From: an uncultured delta proteobacterium
GTDB taxonomy: Bacteria > Desulfobacterota > Desulfobacteria > Desulfobacterales > SG8-13
Direction: 5' to 3'
NCBI GenBank assembly: GCA_963848135.1
Contig: CAWKCK010000015.1
Location: 1 to 46,041 of the forward strand
DNA length: 46,041 nt
A program made the translations under genes and the position numbers. Under the pieces are notes generated by a model. The model worked only from the letters and a program-made list of their open reading frames with translations. It was not told the DNA's origin and ran no database searches. Of the stretch, positions 9,159 to 18,934 are shown one piece after another. The first letter of the stretch is position 1; each line of letters begins with the position of its first letter.

Positions 9159-11960
9159 ATGGATTACAAGAAAACGCTCAATCTGCCGTCTACGAAATTT
9201 CCGATGAAGGCGAATCTTGCCAACCGCGAACCCGCACAATTGGGCGACTGGGAAAAGATGCAGCTGCACACGAAAATCAGAACGGCTTCAGACGGTTGCG
9301 AGCGATTTATCCTGCACGACGGACCGCCCTATGCCAATGGCCACATCCATATTGGGACCGCGATGAATAAGATTCTTAAGGATATGATCGTGCGGTCGCG
9401 GCAGATGTCCGGATATGATGCCGTTTATGTGCCCGGCTGGGACTGTCACGGGCTCCCCATTGAACACAACGTCGACAAGGAACTCGGCCAGAAAAAGAAG
9501 GATCTTTCATTGACCGACGTGCGCCGCCTCTGCCGGACATATGCCGAAAAATTCATCGATATTCAGCGGGAAGAATTCAAACGCTTGGGTGTTATGGGCG
9601 AATGGGATAATCCCTATCTGACAATGAATTATCTTTACGAGTCGACGATCGCCCGTGAGTGCTGGAGATTTGTGCTGAATAACAGCTTGTTTAGAAGCAA
9701 AAAACCGATTTACTGGTGCAACGACTGCCAGACCGCATTGGCTGAGGCAGAAATCGAATACGCAGACGAGGCGTCGCCCTCCATATTCGTAAAGTTTCCC
9801 TTAAAGGATGACTTGAGCCAGGAATTTCCAGATCTCGCTGGCAAGAAGGTTTCTGTGGTCATTTGGACCACCACCCCGTGGACCCTTCCGGCGAATATGG
9901 CCGTTGCCCTGCACCCTGATTTTATTTATTCGGCCGTGGATGTGGGGCGGAACGAGGTTCTGATTATAGCGAAAGATTTGGTAGACGCCTGCATGCTCAC
10001 TTTTGGCATTGGCACTTACCGGATCTTGACCGAAATCGGGGCCGAGCGCCTGGAACGCAAGACGTGTCGGCATCCCCTGTACGAACGGGATTCGCTAATC
10101 ATCCTGGGAAATCATGTAACCCTTGAGGCCGGTACCGGTTGCGTGCACACCGCTCCCGGGCACGGGCGCGAGGACTACGAGGTCGGTCTCCAATACGGGT
10201 TGGAAGTTTATTCTCCCGTCGACGATCGCGGACGGTTTACTGAAGACGTCGGATTTTTCAAGGGGCAGTTTGTCTTTGACGCCAACAAGGCCATAAATGC
10301 CAAACTCAAGGAACACGGGGCTTTGATCGTTGAGGCGAATTTCGAGCATTCCTACCCTCACTGTTGGCGCTGCAAACAACCCGTCATTTTCCGGGCCACG
10401 CCCCAGTGGTTTATTTCCATGGATAAGACCGGTTTGCGCCAAAGAACTTTGGAAGAAATCGATCGGGTCAAGTGGATTCCTGGCTGGGGTCGCGAGCGCA
10501 TATACGGGATGATCGAAAATCGACCCGATTGGTGTGTGTCACGGCAACGGGCCTGGGGAGTGCCAATTGCGGTGTTTTACTGTGAAGACTGCGGCACTCT
10601 TTTGCGCGACGAGGTCATTATGAATCGCGTTTGTGACCTGTTCGCCACCCACGGTGCCGACATTTGGTTCGAAAAACCGGCCGAGTACTTCTTACCGGCC
10701 GACGCCGCATGCCCCGAATGCGGCAGCAAATCCGTTAAAAAAGAAGACGATATTCTGGATGTTTGGTTCGATTCAGGCGTCAGCCATGCGGCTGTTCTGG
10801 AACAGCGATCAAATTTGAACTGGCCGGCGGATCTATACCTGGAGGGGAGTGACCAGCACCGGGGATGGTTTCATAGCTCATTACTGACCGCCGTGGGGAC
10901 ACGTGATCGTGCGCCATATAAATCGGTTCTGACCCATGGATTCGTCGTGGATGCCGATGGCCGTAAGATGTCAAAATCGCTTGGTAATGTCGTTGCCCCC
11001 AAAGAAGTTATCGACAAATACGGTGCCGAGATCCTGCGTCTTTGGGTGACAGCCTCCGACTATCGAGAAGACGTGCGGATTTCAGAAAACATTCTCAAAC
11101 AGCTCAGCGATGCCTATCGCCGTATCCGCAACACTGCCCGTTTTATGTTGGGTAACCTTTACGACTTCAACCCTGAGACGGACAGGATAACCTATGAGTC
11201 AATGCCGCAAATCGACCAATTTGCCTTGCATAAACTTCAAGAACTGACGGAAATTATCGACAAAGCCTACGAAAAATTCGATTTTCATGTGATTTATCAC
11301 CGTCTATACAACTACTGTACCCTTGATCTTTCAGCATTTTATCTGGATATTCTCAAAGACCGTCTTTATACATCACCCGCCGGTTCGAACGGGCGCAGAA
11401 GCGCCCAGACGGTGATGTACACCATCGTAGATGCTATGGCCCGCTTGATGGCACCCGTTCTCGTATTTTCATCCGAGGAGATTTGGGCCTATATCCCCGA
11501 TCGGCCGGGAAAAGCCGAGAGCATTCACATGACCACCCTGCCGAGGGTACATGCCGAGTGGAAGAACGAAGACCTGCAAAAGAACTGGGAAAAACTGCTG
11601 TCCATTAGGGCAGAGGTTACCAAAGCGCTCGAGGCCGCCCGGGCGCGAAAACTTATTGGCCACCCGCTGGATGCCGCTGTCACCATCTCGGTTCCCAAAG
11701 CCCAGCACGCCGTGTTGGCGCCGTATGCCGAGGAGTTGCGATCCATTTTCATCGTCTCCCAGACCGCGCTTGTTATTGATGAAAAATTTGATAAGGCATA
11801 CGAGAGCGAGGAAATCGAGGGATTGCAGATACTCGTTGAACGAGCGGCGGGTGAAAAATGCGAACGCTGTTGGGTTCATGATACATCGGTCGGAACTTTC
11901 GACGATCATCCGACGATATGCAACCGTTGCAAATCATCTCTGGAAGAAATGACTGGCTGA
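9159..11960 (+). CDS. ileS: Isoleucine--tRNA ligase (type 1)
   Basis: [46 protein letters not shown]-terminal CERC...CNRC zinc finger. Confidence 0.98.
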   Translation: MDYKKTLNLPSTKFPMKANLANREPAQLGDWEKMQLHTKIRTASDGCERFILHDGPPYANGHIHIGTAMNKILKDMIVRSRQMSGYDAVYVPGWDCHGLPIEHNVDKELGQKKKDLSLTDVRRLCRTYAEKFIDIQREEFKRLGVMGEWDNPYLTMNYLYESTIARECWRFVLNNSLFRSKKPIYWCNDCQTALAEAEIEYADEASPSIFVKFPLKDDLSQEFPDLAGKKVSVVIWTTTPWTLPANMAVALHPDFIYSAVDVGRNEVLIIAKDLVDACMLTFGIGTYRILTEIGAERLERKTCRHPLYERDSLIILGNHVTLEAGTGCVHTAPGHGREDYEVGLQYGLEVYSPVDDRGRFTEDVGFFKGQFVFDANKAINAKLKEHGALIVEANFEHSYPHCWRCKQPVIFRATPQWFISMDKTGLRQRTLEEIDRVKWIPGWGRERIYGMIENRPDWCVSRQRAWGVPIAVFYCEDCGTLLRDEVIMNRVCDLFATHGADIWFEKPAEYFLPADAACPECGSKSVKKEDDILDVWFDSGVSHAAVLEQRSNLNWPADLYLEGSDQHRGWFHSSLLTAVGTRDRAPYKSVLTHGFVVDADGRKMSKSLGNVVAPKEVIDKYGAEILRLWVTASDYREDVRISENILKQLSDAYRRIRNTARFMLGNLYDFNPETDRITYESMPQIDQFALHKLQELTEIIDKAYEKFDFHVIYHRLYNYCTLDLSAFYLDILKDRLYTSPAGSNGRRSAQTVMYTIVDAMARLMAPVLVFSSEEIWAYIPDRPGKAESIHMTTLPRVHAEWKNEDLQKNWEKLLSIRAEVTKALEAARARKLIGHPLDAAVTISVPKAQHAVLAPYAEELRSIFIVSQTALVIDEKFDKAYESEEIEGLQILVERAAGEKCERCWVHDTSVGTFDDHPTICNRCKSSLEEMTG

Positions 11961-12038
11961 CGAATAGTCGATGGACTGCGCGTTTGTGAAGGCCGTATTT
12001 CTAAGTCGGCCATCCACGATTGGATAAGGCTATTTTGA

Positions 12039-12192
12039 GTGTCAAATTCATAAATGAGAAATTTTATGCTGGGCAAGACCGCACAAAGGTCTGCGGCGAG
12101 GGGCACTGTATTTGAGCCGCAGCCTTTTAAACCTGCGGATAATCCCGCCATGGCGGAACCCAGCGTTAAAAAATCCATCTATGGATCAACAC
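12039..12192. repeat. ~154-nt fold-back (MITE/REP-like) element between ileS and lspA
   Basis: Degenerate terminal inverted repeats GTGTCAAATTCATAAATG...TTTTATGCTGGG / CCCAGCGTTAAAA...CATCTATGGATCAACAC; inner AAAGGtCTGCGGC / GCCGCAGCCTTT; embedded palindrome CCGCCATGGCGG. Confidence 0.6.
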
Positions 12193-12203
12193 CAACTGAG
12201 AGC

Positions 12204-12701
12204 GTGATAGTGACAATAGAAGGAACCAAGATAACGCGGCTGCTGGTCATCAGCGGCATAGTGGTGCTTTTGGACCAGGTCACCAAAACGCTGATAGCGC
12301 ATTACTTGCAGCTTTACCACACCATTGCCGTAATTCCTGGTTTTTTTAATCTTACCCACATTCACAATCCAGGAGGCGCATTCGGATTCCTGGCGCAATC
12401 CGACCCGATCTTGCGCAAAGTGGTTTTTATCTTTGTTTCCCTTCTGGCGGTAGGATTGATCCTGTGGTACTACATGAAAACACCCGTGTCGTATCCTCTA
12501 CTGGGCGGCGCCTTTGCATTGATTTTCGGCGGTGCCATCGGCAATCTTATCGACCGGATTCGATTGGGAAAGGTTATCGATTTTCTCGATTTTTATATCG
12601 GAAACCTTCACTGGCCGGCATTTAACATCGCCGACAGCGCCATAACGATTGGGATAGGAATTTTCATTCTTCATCTGCTGTTCAAGAAGTTGCCAGAGTA
12701 G
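12204..12701 (+). CDS. lspA: Lipoprotein signal peptidase (SPase II)
   Basis: LDQVTK, NPGGAFG, GGAIGNLIDR, VIDF, WPAFNIADSAI. Probable start is GTG 12204 or 12210; the ORF-track start at 12054 lies inside the fold-back element. Confidence 0.93.
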   Translation: MIVTIEGTKITRLLVISGIVVLLDQVTKTLIAHYLQLYHTIAVIPGFFNLTHIHNPGGAFGFLAQSDPILRKVVFIFVSLLAVGLILWYYMKTPVSYPLLGGAFALIFGGAIGNLIDRIRLGKVIDFLDFYIGNLHWPAFNIADSAITIGIGIFILHLLFKKLPE

Positions 12702-12821
12702 ATCGACAGGGCCTTACCCAGCGGTTGCTGCCGAAAAGCATTCCGACCGAAGAAGCAGTGTACCCTTTATCCGACGCGTGCAAAATTCAAGCAAGGCCGC
12801 ACGGGTCGATGACAATACGCG

Positions 12822-13598
12822 ATGATCTTCGATGCCGATATACTACCGTCGATTGTCTTCGGCGTCTTCGTTTCTGTAGCGCTTATCGCCGGTCTGCAGA
12901 TGATCAAGGCTGAGATCCGATCTGGCGGCGGTGCCGAAAACCGTCTTGCAGACCTCTGTTTCTGGTTGATGGTCGCGGCTATCGTCGGCGCAAGGGTCGG
13001 TGATCTGTTTTACAAACCTGAGTTGATTTTTACCGATCCGTTGGAAATATTACGTTTTTGGAACGGTGGATCGTTTTACTATGGCGGGGCCACTGCTGCA
13101 CTCATTGTCGGGTGGGTATTTATCAAACATGCGCATTTGCCGTTATGGAAAACCGCCGATATGTTTGCTCCGACCCTGGCCATCGGTCATTTTTTCGTGT
13201 GGATTGGCTGCTTTTTCTCGGGTCTTTGCCCTGGCCGGCGAACTGATTCAATGCTTGAGGGTTTGCTTTCCTGGCCGGAGGAAGGCCTAAACAGTATACT
13301 GGCAATCCCGCATCCAAGACCATTTTATCTGGCCAGCGGCAGCTTTCTTATTTTTATTTTCCTTTTGATGCTGCGAGGGCACAGAAATTTCGACGGAAGG
13401 GTTTTCTGGGTTTTCATCCTACTTCACAGCACGCTTCAGTTGCTCGTAGATACTCTCGATTTTCCAGGGTATATCAAACCATCGTCAACGAACTTTTCGA
13501 ACTCGCAAATGATATATGCTTTGACTGCCTTTATCGGGCTGAGCATGTTGTTATACCTGTGGCACCGGTCCCGGCAGTCCATCCCGGAGGGCTCCTGA
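12822..13598 (+). CDS. lgt: Prolipoprotein diacylglyceryl transferase (Lgt)-like membrane protein with degenerate motifs
   Basis: IVGAR, DPLEILRFWNGGSFYYGG, ADMFAP, IGCFFSG; position directly after lspA. Several conserved residues are substituted (see findings). Confidence 0.75.
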   Translation: MIFDADILPSIVFGVFVSVALIAGLQMIKAEIRSGGGAENRLADLCFWLMVAAIVGARVGDLFYKPELIFTDPLEILRFWNGGSFYYGGATAALIVGWVFIKHAHLPLWKTADMFAPTLAIGHFFVWIGCFFSGLCPGRRTDSMLEGLLSWPEEGLNSILAIPHPRPFYLASGSFLIFIFLLMLRGHRNFDGRVFWVFILLHSTLQLLVDTLDFPGYIKPSSTNFSNSQMIYALTAFIGLSMLLYLWHRSRQSIPEGS

Positions 13599-13628
13599 AC
13601 GACATTGTCGCCCATCATTTGATATACC

Positions 13629-15140
13629 ATGACCGAACTCAACTATAAAACCTTGGATGACCATCTTAAAGGACTCGATTCTGAAACCGGCAACAAGGTT
13701 AGCGATCGTGGCAAGTTACCGCCCGCTGTGTACCTTATTTATGGCGAAGAAATGCTCTGTAAGGCGGCTTTTAAAAAGGTGTTAGACAGAGTGGTTCCTG
13801 AACCCGATCAAAGCTTCAATTTCGAACCGATTGATGGCAATGATGACGGTGTTTCTGAGGCCATCGAGAAATTAAACACGTTTTCACTACTGTCGGGCCC
13901 GAAAGTTGTCGGTTTACTGGACGCCCGGTTTTTCGATTCGCGAACAAACGCCAAGGATTTAGTGCTTTCGGCCGTGAAGGCTTATGAAAATCAGAACCTG
14001 AATCGAGCAGCCGACCTCCTTTTGCGATTTATGGCCCTGGGCAATCTTTCCTTCGATGATCTGTCTTTACCGAACCGGCGGAAGAGCGTTCCTGCAGGGG
14101 TTGAACTACCGGAAGACGATCGTTGTCTGGACGATATCATCGCGTTTTGCCTGGAAAAGGGGCGACAGGTTCCTAAAGCCGCAGATAATGAGGGCCTACT
14201 TTGCTGGGCGATCCAAAAAGGGTTCCCGGTGGGGCATCGCTTGCTGATAAGCGCGGAGACGGTCGACAAACGCCGAAAACTATTCAAGACCATTCGGGAG
14301 CAAGGGGTTATCGTCGACTGTTCCGTTCCTAAGGGCGATCGCAAGGCAGATAAAACCGCCCAGGAAGCGGTGTTGGCAGATACGGTGCATGCCGTTCTGC
14401 GCGATAGCCGTAAATCCTTGGCACCTGATGGTTTTAAGGCTCTGCTCGAGACAACCGGTTTTGAACTCAGGGCGATTGTCAACAACCTTGAAAAGCTTGT
14501 GAGCTACGTTGGCGGCAGGGATATTATCACTCGCAAAGATGTCGTTTCGGTGCTCAAAAGGACGAAAAAGGATCCGGTTTACGCCTTCACGGGCGCATTT
14601 GCGGCCCGCAACAGGGATGATGCCCTGTTTTTTATGAATGCGCTGATGTCCGCGGGGTCGGACGCCCTGCGTCCCGAGCAGATCCTGGTCGCCCTGTTGA
14701 ACCAGGTCAGGAAGCTATTGTTGATCAAGGCATTTGTCTCCAGCCCTCTTGGAAAGGTCTGGCATTCAGGCTGCCCCTACAATACATTTAGATCCAAGGT
14801 CCTGCCGGTTGTTGAAAAGTCCGATTCAAAGCTGATCGAAACACTACAGAAATGGCGGGATGATCTGGACAGATCGAGTAATGACGACATCAAACCGGTG
14901 AAGACGCGGAGCCGTGGGAAAAAGCCCCAGTTAAAAACGGATTTGTTACTTGCCAAATTTCCGCATAACCCCTACCCAATTTATCAACAATTCCTCAACG
15001 CAGAGAATTTTTCGAAACAGGATCTCCTTCAGGCCTATGAAACTCTTTCGATGGCTGACATGCGTATCAAGTCCAGTGGAGACAACAAGCACCTGATTCT
15101 TGAGGAAGTGATACTGAAGATTTGCCGGCAAAACGACTAA
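13629..15140 (+). CDS. holA: DNA polymerase III subunit delta (long form)
   Basis: VYLIYGEE start, VDKRRKLFK, NNLEKLVSYVG, ADMRIKSSG...LILEEVILKIC end. Confidence 0.8.
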   Translation: MTELNYKTLDDHLKGLDSETGNKVSDRGKLPPAVYLIYGEEMLCKAAFKKVLDRVVPEPDQSFNFEPIDGNDDGVSEAIEKLNTFSLLSGPKVVGLLDARFFDSRTNAKDLVLSAVKAYENQNLNRAADLLLRFMALGNLSFDDLSLPNRRKSVPAGVELPEDDRCLDDIIAFCLEKGRQVPKAADNEGLLCWAIQKGFPVGHRLLISAETVDKRRKLFKTIREQGVIVDCSVPKGDRKADKTAQEAVLADTVHAVLRDSRKSLAPDGFKALLETTGFELRAIVNNLEKLVSYVGGRDIITRKDVVSVLKRTKKDPVYAFTGAFAARNRDDALFFMNALMSAGSDALRPEQILVALLNQVRKLLLIKAFVSSPLGKVWHSGCPYNTFRSKVLPVVEKSDSKLIETLQKWRDDLDRSSNDDIKPVKTRSRGKKPQLKTDLLLAKFPHNPYPIYQQFLNAENFSKQDLLQAYETLSMADMRIKSSGDNKHLILEEVILKICRQND

Positions 15141-15323
15141 GTTCGTTATTGTGAGCACCAAGCGCACGCCATTGAACATGTCCGGTTCGTGTTTCAGGGG
15201 GCCTGGTTCCGGCAGGTACATATGCGCCTCTCCCACACGATATAAGGACGCAGAAAACATGTTGGGCTGTGCCTGAAAAAGTTGAATGGATGAGGTGTAT
15301 GATCAAAAAGGAGAGATGACGGC

Positions 15324-15533
15324 GTGGGCTTTATCAGACAACAGGAAGAGAATGTGGCCACGCGATTGCTGGCCTGGCAATACCAGCGCCATGGCATCGA
15401 TTTACCCTCCCAGAGTGTGCTCAAGCAGAGGGCCGCCCATCTGGTGGACGAGGCGCATCGTATTGCTCGCCAGAGGGGGCGCAACGTGCTTTCCATTATC
15501 AGGGAGTTGGTGGATGACATAAAGAAGAAGTAG
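15324..15533 (+). CDS. Small helical hypothetical protein (69 aa)
   Basis: AAGGAG upstream, GTG start, amphipathic-helix-like sequence, co-oriented with neighbours. Confidence 0.6.
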   Translation: MGFIRQQEENVATRLLAWQYQRHGIDLPSQSVLKQRAAHLVDEAHRIARQRGRNVLSIIRELVDDIKKK

Positions 15534-15599
15534 GAGCATTCAGAGTGCTGCGGGACAAATGTTCTTGACAAATCGGATTAATTATTATTTAGGAACAGC

Positions 15600-16037
15600 A
15601 TGCAAGAACTGGCAGAAAAAGATAAAATTACCGAGTTTATTCAGATCTGTCAAAGTCATCTGCTCAAGATTACCCCCCAGAGGGTTGCTATCTATAGAAA
15701 GTTGCTAACCTCAGACAAACATCCCACAGCCGATGCCATTTATCAGGCAGTGAAAAAAGAGTACCCGAACATTTCCTTCGACACGGTAAACCGCACCCTG
15801 CTGACATTCGCGGAAATCGGTATCCTGGACGTCGTCGAGATCTTCGGCGGGGCCAAACGATTTGATACGAACGTAATCGATCACCACCATCTGCATTGTA
15901 CGCGGTGCGGCAAGATCCAGGATTTCATCAATGACGACTATGACAACCTGGATGTCCCGCGCGGTATTCGCAAATATTTTCAAGTGATGCAGAAAAGGGT
16001 GGTTCTCAAAGGGATTTGCACGGCGTGCAGCCAATAA
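15600..16037 (+). CDS. perR: Fur-family repressor, PerR-like
   Basis: TPQR, HPTAD, HHHLHCTRC and CTAC zinc site; adjacent to rubrerythrin. Confidence 0.82.
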   Translation: MQELAEKDKITEFIQICQSHLLKITPQRVAIYRKLLTSDKHPTADAIYQAVKKEYPNISFDTVNRTLLTFAEIGILDVVEIFGGAKRFDTNVIDHHHLHCTRCGKIQDFINDDYDNLDVPRGIRKYFQVMQKRVVLKGICTACSQ

Positions 16038-16094
16038 CATCGTCCAGGACGATAGGGCCATATTGGATAACATAACCAACAGAAAGGAGAAAAA

Positions 16095-16616
16095 ATGAGT
16101 AAGACAACCGACAATTTGAAGGCTGCGTTCGCAGGTGAGTCCCAGGCGAGAAACAAGTATACGTTTTTCGCCAAAGTTGCCCGGAAAGAGGGCTATCATT
16201 ACATTGCTAAAATTTTTGAAGAAACGGCTGAGAATGAAAAACAGCATGCCAAGGACCACCTCAAACTGCTGAACGGAATAGGGGACACCGCAACCAACCT
16301 TAAAGAAGCGATGGGCGGTGAAGACTACGAAGTCGAAAGTATGTACCCTGGCTTTGCCAAAACCGCTGAGGAAGAAGGCGAAAAGGAAGCGGCCATGGCC
16401 TTCAAGCAGGTTGCCAAAATCGAGGCACATCACAGAGAAAGATACCGAAAACTGCTCCAGATGGTCGAGACTGGAGCTGTTTTCAAGCGCGAGCAAGCGA
16501 TCAAATGGAAATGCAGCATTTGCGGCTATACGGTCGAAGGTGTCGAACCACCGCCGAAATGTCCATCTTGCAAACACCCCCGCGAATACTACGAACCGGC
16601 CAGTTTGGATTTTTAA
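16095..16616 (+). CDS. rbr: Rubrerythrin
   Basis: [12 protein letters not shown] and EAHH di-iron motifs, C-terminal CSICG...CPSC rubredoxin-like domain. Confidence 0.95.
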   Translation: MSKTTDNLKAAFAGESQARNKYTFFAKVARKEGYHYIAKIFEETAENEKQHAKDHLKLLNGIGDTATNLKEAMGGEDYEVESMYPGFAKTAEEEGEKEAAMAFKQVAKIEAHHRERYRKLLQMVETGAVFKREQAIKWKCSICGYTVEGVEPPPKCPSCKHPREYYEPASLDF

Positions 16617-16745
16617 GTGGCCGCAGGCTTATTGCTGGCGGATCATTCCAGGTTACCTGCTGTGTGGACCACAGGCAACGGTTCCCAGGACCGATTGAGA
16701 CGCCGGCAATATGATTACCAGTGAAGCGTTAATCGAGAAGACAAG

Positions 16746-16780
16746 GCTCCGGCGCTACAAGGCGGCGGAGCTTTTTATTT
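16746..16780 (+). terminator. Putative intrinsic terminator after rbr
   Basis: GCTCCGgCGC-tacaag-GCGgCGGAGC followed by TTTTTATTT. Confidence 0.6.
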
Positions 16781-17195
16781 GCCTGCTGATACAGATCTGG
16801 CACGCAGGGTCACGGTCTCGATCAACGCCAATGATTTTGTCCTCTCTTTAGCTGAAGGGCATCACGGGGTTTCCCGGGCGGGTCGCCCGAATCCGGATGA
16901 ACTGAGTCCCATGGAAACCCAATGGATTGTTGAAGCCTCAAACACACTCGATTTAGATTTTTTGGATATCAACGCGGAAGATATTCCCGATCTCGGCAAG
17001 GGGGACCATTCTTTCTGGTACGACAATCCATGGGTCAGCAGCGATGTTTTGTTGATGTTTTTACTACAACTATCGCCTGCCGAAAGAGGGCTTCAGGAAA
17101 ACCAAACCCACAAAGGAACCCGCTACTGGAGATTTCCAAAGGACTATCCGGACAGGGTGGCTGACATCATTCGCGAAATAAAAGCGGCGGATTGA
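16779..17195 (+). pseudogene. C-terminal remnant of an alpha/beta hydrolase (DUF900-like)
   Basis: RVTVSINANDFVLSLA...SRAG...HSFWYDNPWVSSD...PAERGL resembles the DUF900 C-terminal half. There is no RBS or nucleophile elbow, and the frame begins at the terminator T-tract. Confidence 0.55.
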
Positions 17196-17253
17196 AGAAA
17201 ATAAAGTGCTTTTTGAACGAGCGGTATAATGCTGCCGAACTCAGCAGGGAATC

Positions 17254-18060
17254 TCAGTGGTCATTTGATCCAAGGAACGCTTCCAATTCACAATTGAACC
17301 GATCCGGTGCTTCGATTTGAATCGTATGACCCACATCGTTAAACAAAACATGTCTTCCACCAACTTGATCGGCGAATTTCCGTACAGCTTCCGCAGGTAA
17401 CAGAGGATCCTGTGCACCGGAAATAACCAGGACGGGCCATCCGGATTTCACGGGCATTAGTGATGGTGGCGGGTAGGCCAGCATGGCATCCAAATGTGCG
17501 AGTAATGAATCCGGTCGGTTTCGCGAAGTTATCGCCTTAACCATTTTCGGGAGCATTTTTCGGTTACCGGCAAGGTAAGTTTCTCCCAGGACGGATGGCA
17601 ACATGGCCCAAGCGGCTGCTTCAAGACCGCTGGTTGCTAATATATCTTTCCAATACTTCAACATGGCGTGCGTGCGAGTGTTCGCTATGGCCGTCGTGCT
17701 GCACAATACCAGCCGTGAAGCACGGTGCGGGTGGCGCACAGCGGTTTCAAGAGCCACACGGGCGCCGTGACTTATGCCCACCAAGTTCGCCTTTGCAACA
17801 TTCGAGAATTCCAGCAGTGCCGAAAGATCTGCCGCATGAACGTCGATTCCCAGGGGACGATCGCCGATATCACTTCGCCCCTGGGAACGGCCGTCGTAAA
17901 GGATAATACGGTAGCGCTTTTGGAAATGTCGAACCTGGCCGGTCCAGTGCACAGTATTTTGAAGGGTGCCGTTCAGAAAGACGATTACAGGTTTTGCTGC
18001 CTCCGTGCCGATGATTTCATAATACAGTCGGCAGCCGTCTTCAGTTCTGAAATAGGGCAT
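17254..18060 (-). CDS. Alpha/beta hydrolase (PcaD/MenH-like)
   Basis: Start MPYFRTEDG 4 nt after the lipA stop; YDGRSQGRS, GISHG elbow, GAQDPL, GHTIQIEAP. Confidence 0.85.
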   Translation of the reverse strand: MPYFRTEDGCRLYYEIIGTEAAKPVIVFLNGTLQNTVHWTGQVRHFQKRYRIILYDGRSQGRSDIGDRPLGIDVHAADLSALLEFSNVAKANLVGISHGARVALETAVRHPHRASRLVLCSTTAIANTRTHAMLKYWKDILATSGLEAAAWAMLPSVLGETYLAGNRKMLPKMVKAITSRNRPDSLLAHLDAMLAYPPPSLMPVKSGWPVLVISGAQDPLLPAEAVRKFADQVGGRHVLFNDVGHTIQIEAPDRFNCELEAFLGSNDH

Positions 18061-18064
18061 GACC

Positions 18065-18934
18065 TCAACGGTTTTCCGTGGCGTGGAAGAGTTCTTTGGC
18101 ATGATATGAGCTCCTGACGAAAGGCCCGCTGGCCACGTCCTTAAAACCCATACCAAAGGCAGCATCTCTCAATTGGTCAAATTCATCAGGATGAACGAAT
18201 CGGTCAACCGGCAGATGACTTATCGATGGCTGCAAATATTGTCCCAGAGTCAGCATACGGCAGTCGACATCGAGCAGGTCCATAAGCGTCTGTTCAATTT
18301 CGGAATAGGCTTCACCGAGGCCAAGCATCAAACCGGATTTGGTTGGAGTTGATGGGCTGATTTCTTTTACGCGCTTCAACAGTAGCAGACTCTGTTTGTA
18401 ATTGGCTTCGGGGCGCACGGTTGGATAGAGGCGCGGTACGGTTTCAATGTTGTGGTTCAATACATTCGGACCGGCTTCTATCACGGTTTGTAGGGCTTTG
18501 TGGTCGCCTTGGAAATCAGGGATCAACACTTCGATATTGGCCCCCGGTGAATCGAAGCGGATGGCACGGATGGTTTTAGCGAAATGATCGGCACCGCCAT
18601 CAGGCAGGTCATCGCGCGTCACCGATGTGATCACGACGTACGCGAGAGACAGATCCCTCACGGCGGCAGCAACACGGGCCGGTTCTTCTGGGTCCGGTAA
18701 TTCGACCGGGGGGTTGGCCACGGCACAAAAACGACAATCGCGGGTGCAGCGGTCTCCCAGAATCAGGAATGTGGCCGTATTGCTGGAAAAACATTCCCAG
18801 ATGTTCGGGCATTTGGCTTCCTGGCAGACCGTGTGCAACCGGTCCCGGTTCATGAGGGCCCGGACTTTTTCATAATCGGGTCCGCTCGGCAGGCGGCGGG
18901 TAAGCCATGGCGGCTTTTTGGCTCTAATCTTCAT
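18065..18934 (-). CDS. lipA: Lipoyl synthase
   Basis: CQEAKCPNIWEC (CX4CX5C), CTRDCRFC, NHNIETV, RSSY. Confidence 0.97.
   Translation of the reverse strand: MKIRAKKPPWLTRRLPSGPDYEKVRALMNRDRLHTVCQEAKCPNIWECFSSNTATFLILGDRCTRDCRFCAVANPPVELPDPEEPARVAAAVRDLSLAYVVITSVTRDDLPDGGADHFAKTIRAIRFDSPGANIEVLIPDFQGDHKALQTVIEAGPNVLNHNIETVPRLYPTVRPEANYKQSLLLLKRVKEISPSTPTKSGLMLGLGEAYSEIEQTLMDLLDVDCRMLTLGQYLQPSISHLPVDRFVHPDEFDQLRDAAFGMGFKDVASGPFVRSSYHAKELFHATENR

Noticed and set aside
8692..9159. ORFs 8692-9141 (-), 8840-9088 (+) and 8857-9159 (+)
   Set aside because: They run across a repeat, a terminator and the ileS promoter and have no protein-like features.
12054..12203. 50-aa N-terminal extension of LspA
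   Set aside because: It translates the fold-back element; LspA homology begins only near 12204.
17225..17230. TATAAT pointing antisense into the hydrolase gene
   Set aside because: No matching -35 or TG extension; probably chance.
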